From Tubiluchus corallicola (taxonomy: Eukaryota; Animalia; Priapulida), in contig JAQGDQ010000026.1 of NCBI GenBank assembly GCA_030141605.1, forward strand, positions 806,001 through 870,000: 64,000 bases of DNA, written 5' to 3'. Positions 62,544 through 64,000 of the stretch are shown piece after piece; position 1 is the stretch's first letter; each line of letters starts with the position of its first letter. The translations under genes were made by a program, and so were the position numbers. The notes beneath the pieces are model-generated. The model had not been told where the DNA came from. It saw only the letters and a list, made by a program, of their open reading frames with translations, and did no database searches.

Positions 62544-64000
62544 ACGAGCAAACACATCTTCACAGCAGTCTATGACCTTATCCACTGTCGTTGACATCAT
62601 CACTGCATACTCGTAGTATCGACTGTAATAATCAATGATTACTAATATAGAATGACCAGAAGGTAATGGACCAAGTAAGTCAATGGCAAGGTCCTGCCAT
62701 GGTCCATCTGGCAATACCGTAGGCCTAAATGGTTCTGGCGGATCAGGACGAGCAACAATTTGACATCCATGGCATGACTTGCAAAATTTCTCAGCTGCTT
62801 TATCCATGCCAGGCCACCACACCTTGGTTCGAAGGTTTTGTTTTGTGCCAACAATTCCTAAGTGCCCTTCATGTGCCAGACTCAAAGCTTGCATTCTCAA
62901 CTTAGTAGGTAGAATAATACGTGTTCCCCGTAAGACTAATTGTCCAACTATGCACAATTCTCCCGCTATGGGTGCATAGTATTTACAGTTTTCTAATTTG
63001 CCAGTCTTTATAGCATTTCTAACACACTTCAGTTCTTCATCAGAACCTGACAATTGTTCCACTTCCTTAGTTGTTAATTGCATTAGGAGTTGCTTCAACT
63101 GCAATGAACTGTACATACTCCTCTGCACCATGTTCATGATTGTTGGTATCTTCTACTCTTAAAAGACGTGATAGTCGATCAGCAATGTTCTGTTGTCCTG
63201 GCACGTAAACTACTTTATAGTCATACGGTTGCAATCGTAGTACCCAACGTTCTATCCGTGCACATGGTTTCGATCTAGGTCCGTAAATAGTTTGCAAAAC
63301 TTTATGGTCAGTTAACAGTTCAAACTTGCGTCCATATACGTATGCATGAAATCGTTCGCATGCCCAGACCAGTGCTAAAGCCTCTTTCTCCGTTTGTGAG
63401 TATCTTCTCTCACATGCTGTCAAACTACGACTTGCATAGCAGACTGGTTGCATGTCACCATCTTTCTTTTGAATCAATACAGCTCCAAGACCAACCGGCC
63501 CTGCATCAGCTATCACTTTAATTGGTGCATCTTTATCATAATAAGCCAGTGTAGCAGCTTTTGCCAACTTTTGTTTCAGCAACTTGAATGCTTCCTTCTG
63601 TTCTGGTCCAAATTTAAATGGTTCTCCTTTTCGAGTTAGCTTACGAAGCGGTTCCGATATAGTAGCGAAATCTGGGATAAATCGGCTACTGAATTAACGA
63701 GTCCTAAGAAGCTACGAACTTCCGATACAGTTTCCGGCTCTCGTGCATCTTCGATGGCTCTTACTCGCTCTCCAGTTGGACCTATACCTTTCTCAGATAG
63801 AAGTATCCCCATGAAAACTAACCGATTCATACCGATGATACATTTGTTTGGGTTCAAGGTCAAGCCAATTTCAGATAATCTCTGCAGGACAGCTAACAAT
63901 CGTACATAGTGTGTATCTTCATCTGGACCATATACAGCTATGTCATCAGAAATATTTTGTACACCCTCGAGTCCAGCCAGGGCAGAACTTATCATGTACT
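62541..64000 (-). mobile_element. Gypsy pol (RT, RNase H, integrase N-half) on the opposite strand to gag; frameshifted; runs off the window
   Basis: RT ISDDIAVYG...GLTLNPNKC...VRSFLGLVN; RNase H DAGPVGLGAVL...YASRSLT...YSQTEKEALA...TDHK; integrase HEGHLG...WWPGM...CHGC and DLLGPLP...IIDYYSRY. Confidence 0.93.

Overview
AT-rich, intron-rich genomic DNA from an animal, probably an invertebrate; the species cannot be named from sequence alone. It is not prokaryotic, and no CRISPR, rRNA or bona fide tRNA genes were seen. Host genes reconstructed by hand from GT-AG splice sites and family motifs: two tandem single-coding-exon C2H2 zinc-finger paralogues (+, 9.9-12.7 kb) sharing a highly conserved N-terminal orphan-finger module; an alpha-arrestin/ARRDC-type gene lacking a PPxY tail (-, 15.2-21.6 kb); a divergent calmodulin-like gene with a degenerate N-lobe and a MEF2/TATA-like promoter element (-, 24.8-30.1 kb); DCAF6 with an expanded acidic linker (-, 36.2-53.2 kb); and a disrupted LRR-Ig gene with an 859-bp near-perfect tandem duplication (+, 58.0-60.1 kb). 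Mobile DNA: degraded CR1/L2-group LINEs, a tRNA-type SINE split by a hAT MITE, Harbinger-like, pogo/Tigger-like and long-TIR MITEs, a hAT transposase remnant, and a Gypsy LTR element inserted in a LINE whose pol region is inverted relative to gag-pro. The best candidate for something undescribed is the N-terminal module of the zinc-finger pair, which may be a lineage-specific KRAB/ZAD/FiNZ-like effector domain. All family assignments come from recalled motifs; no searches were run.
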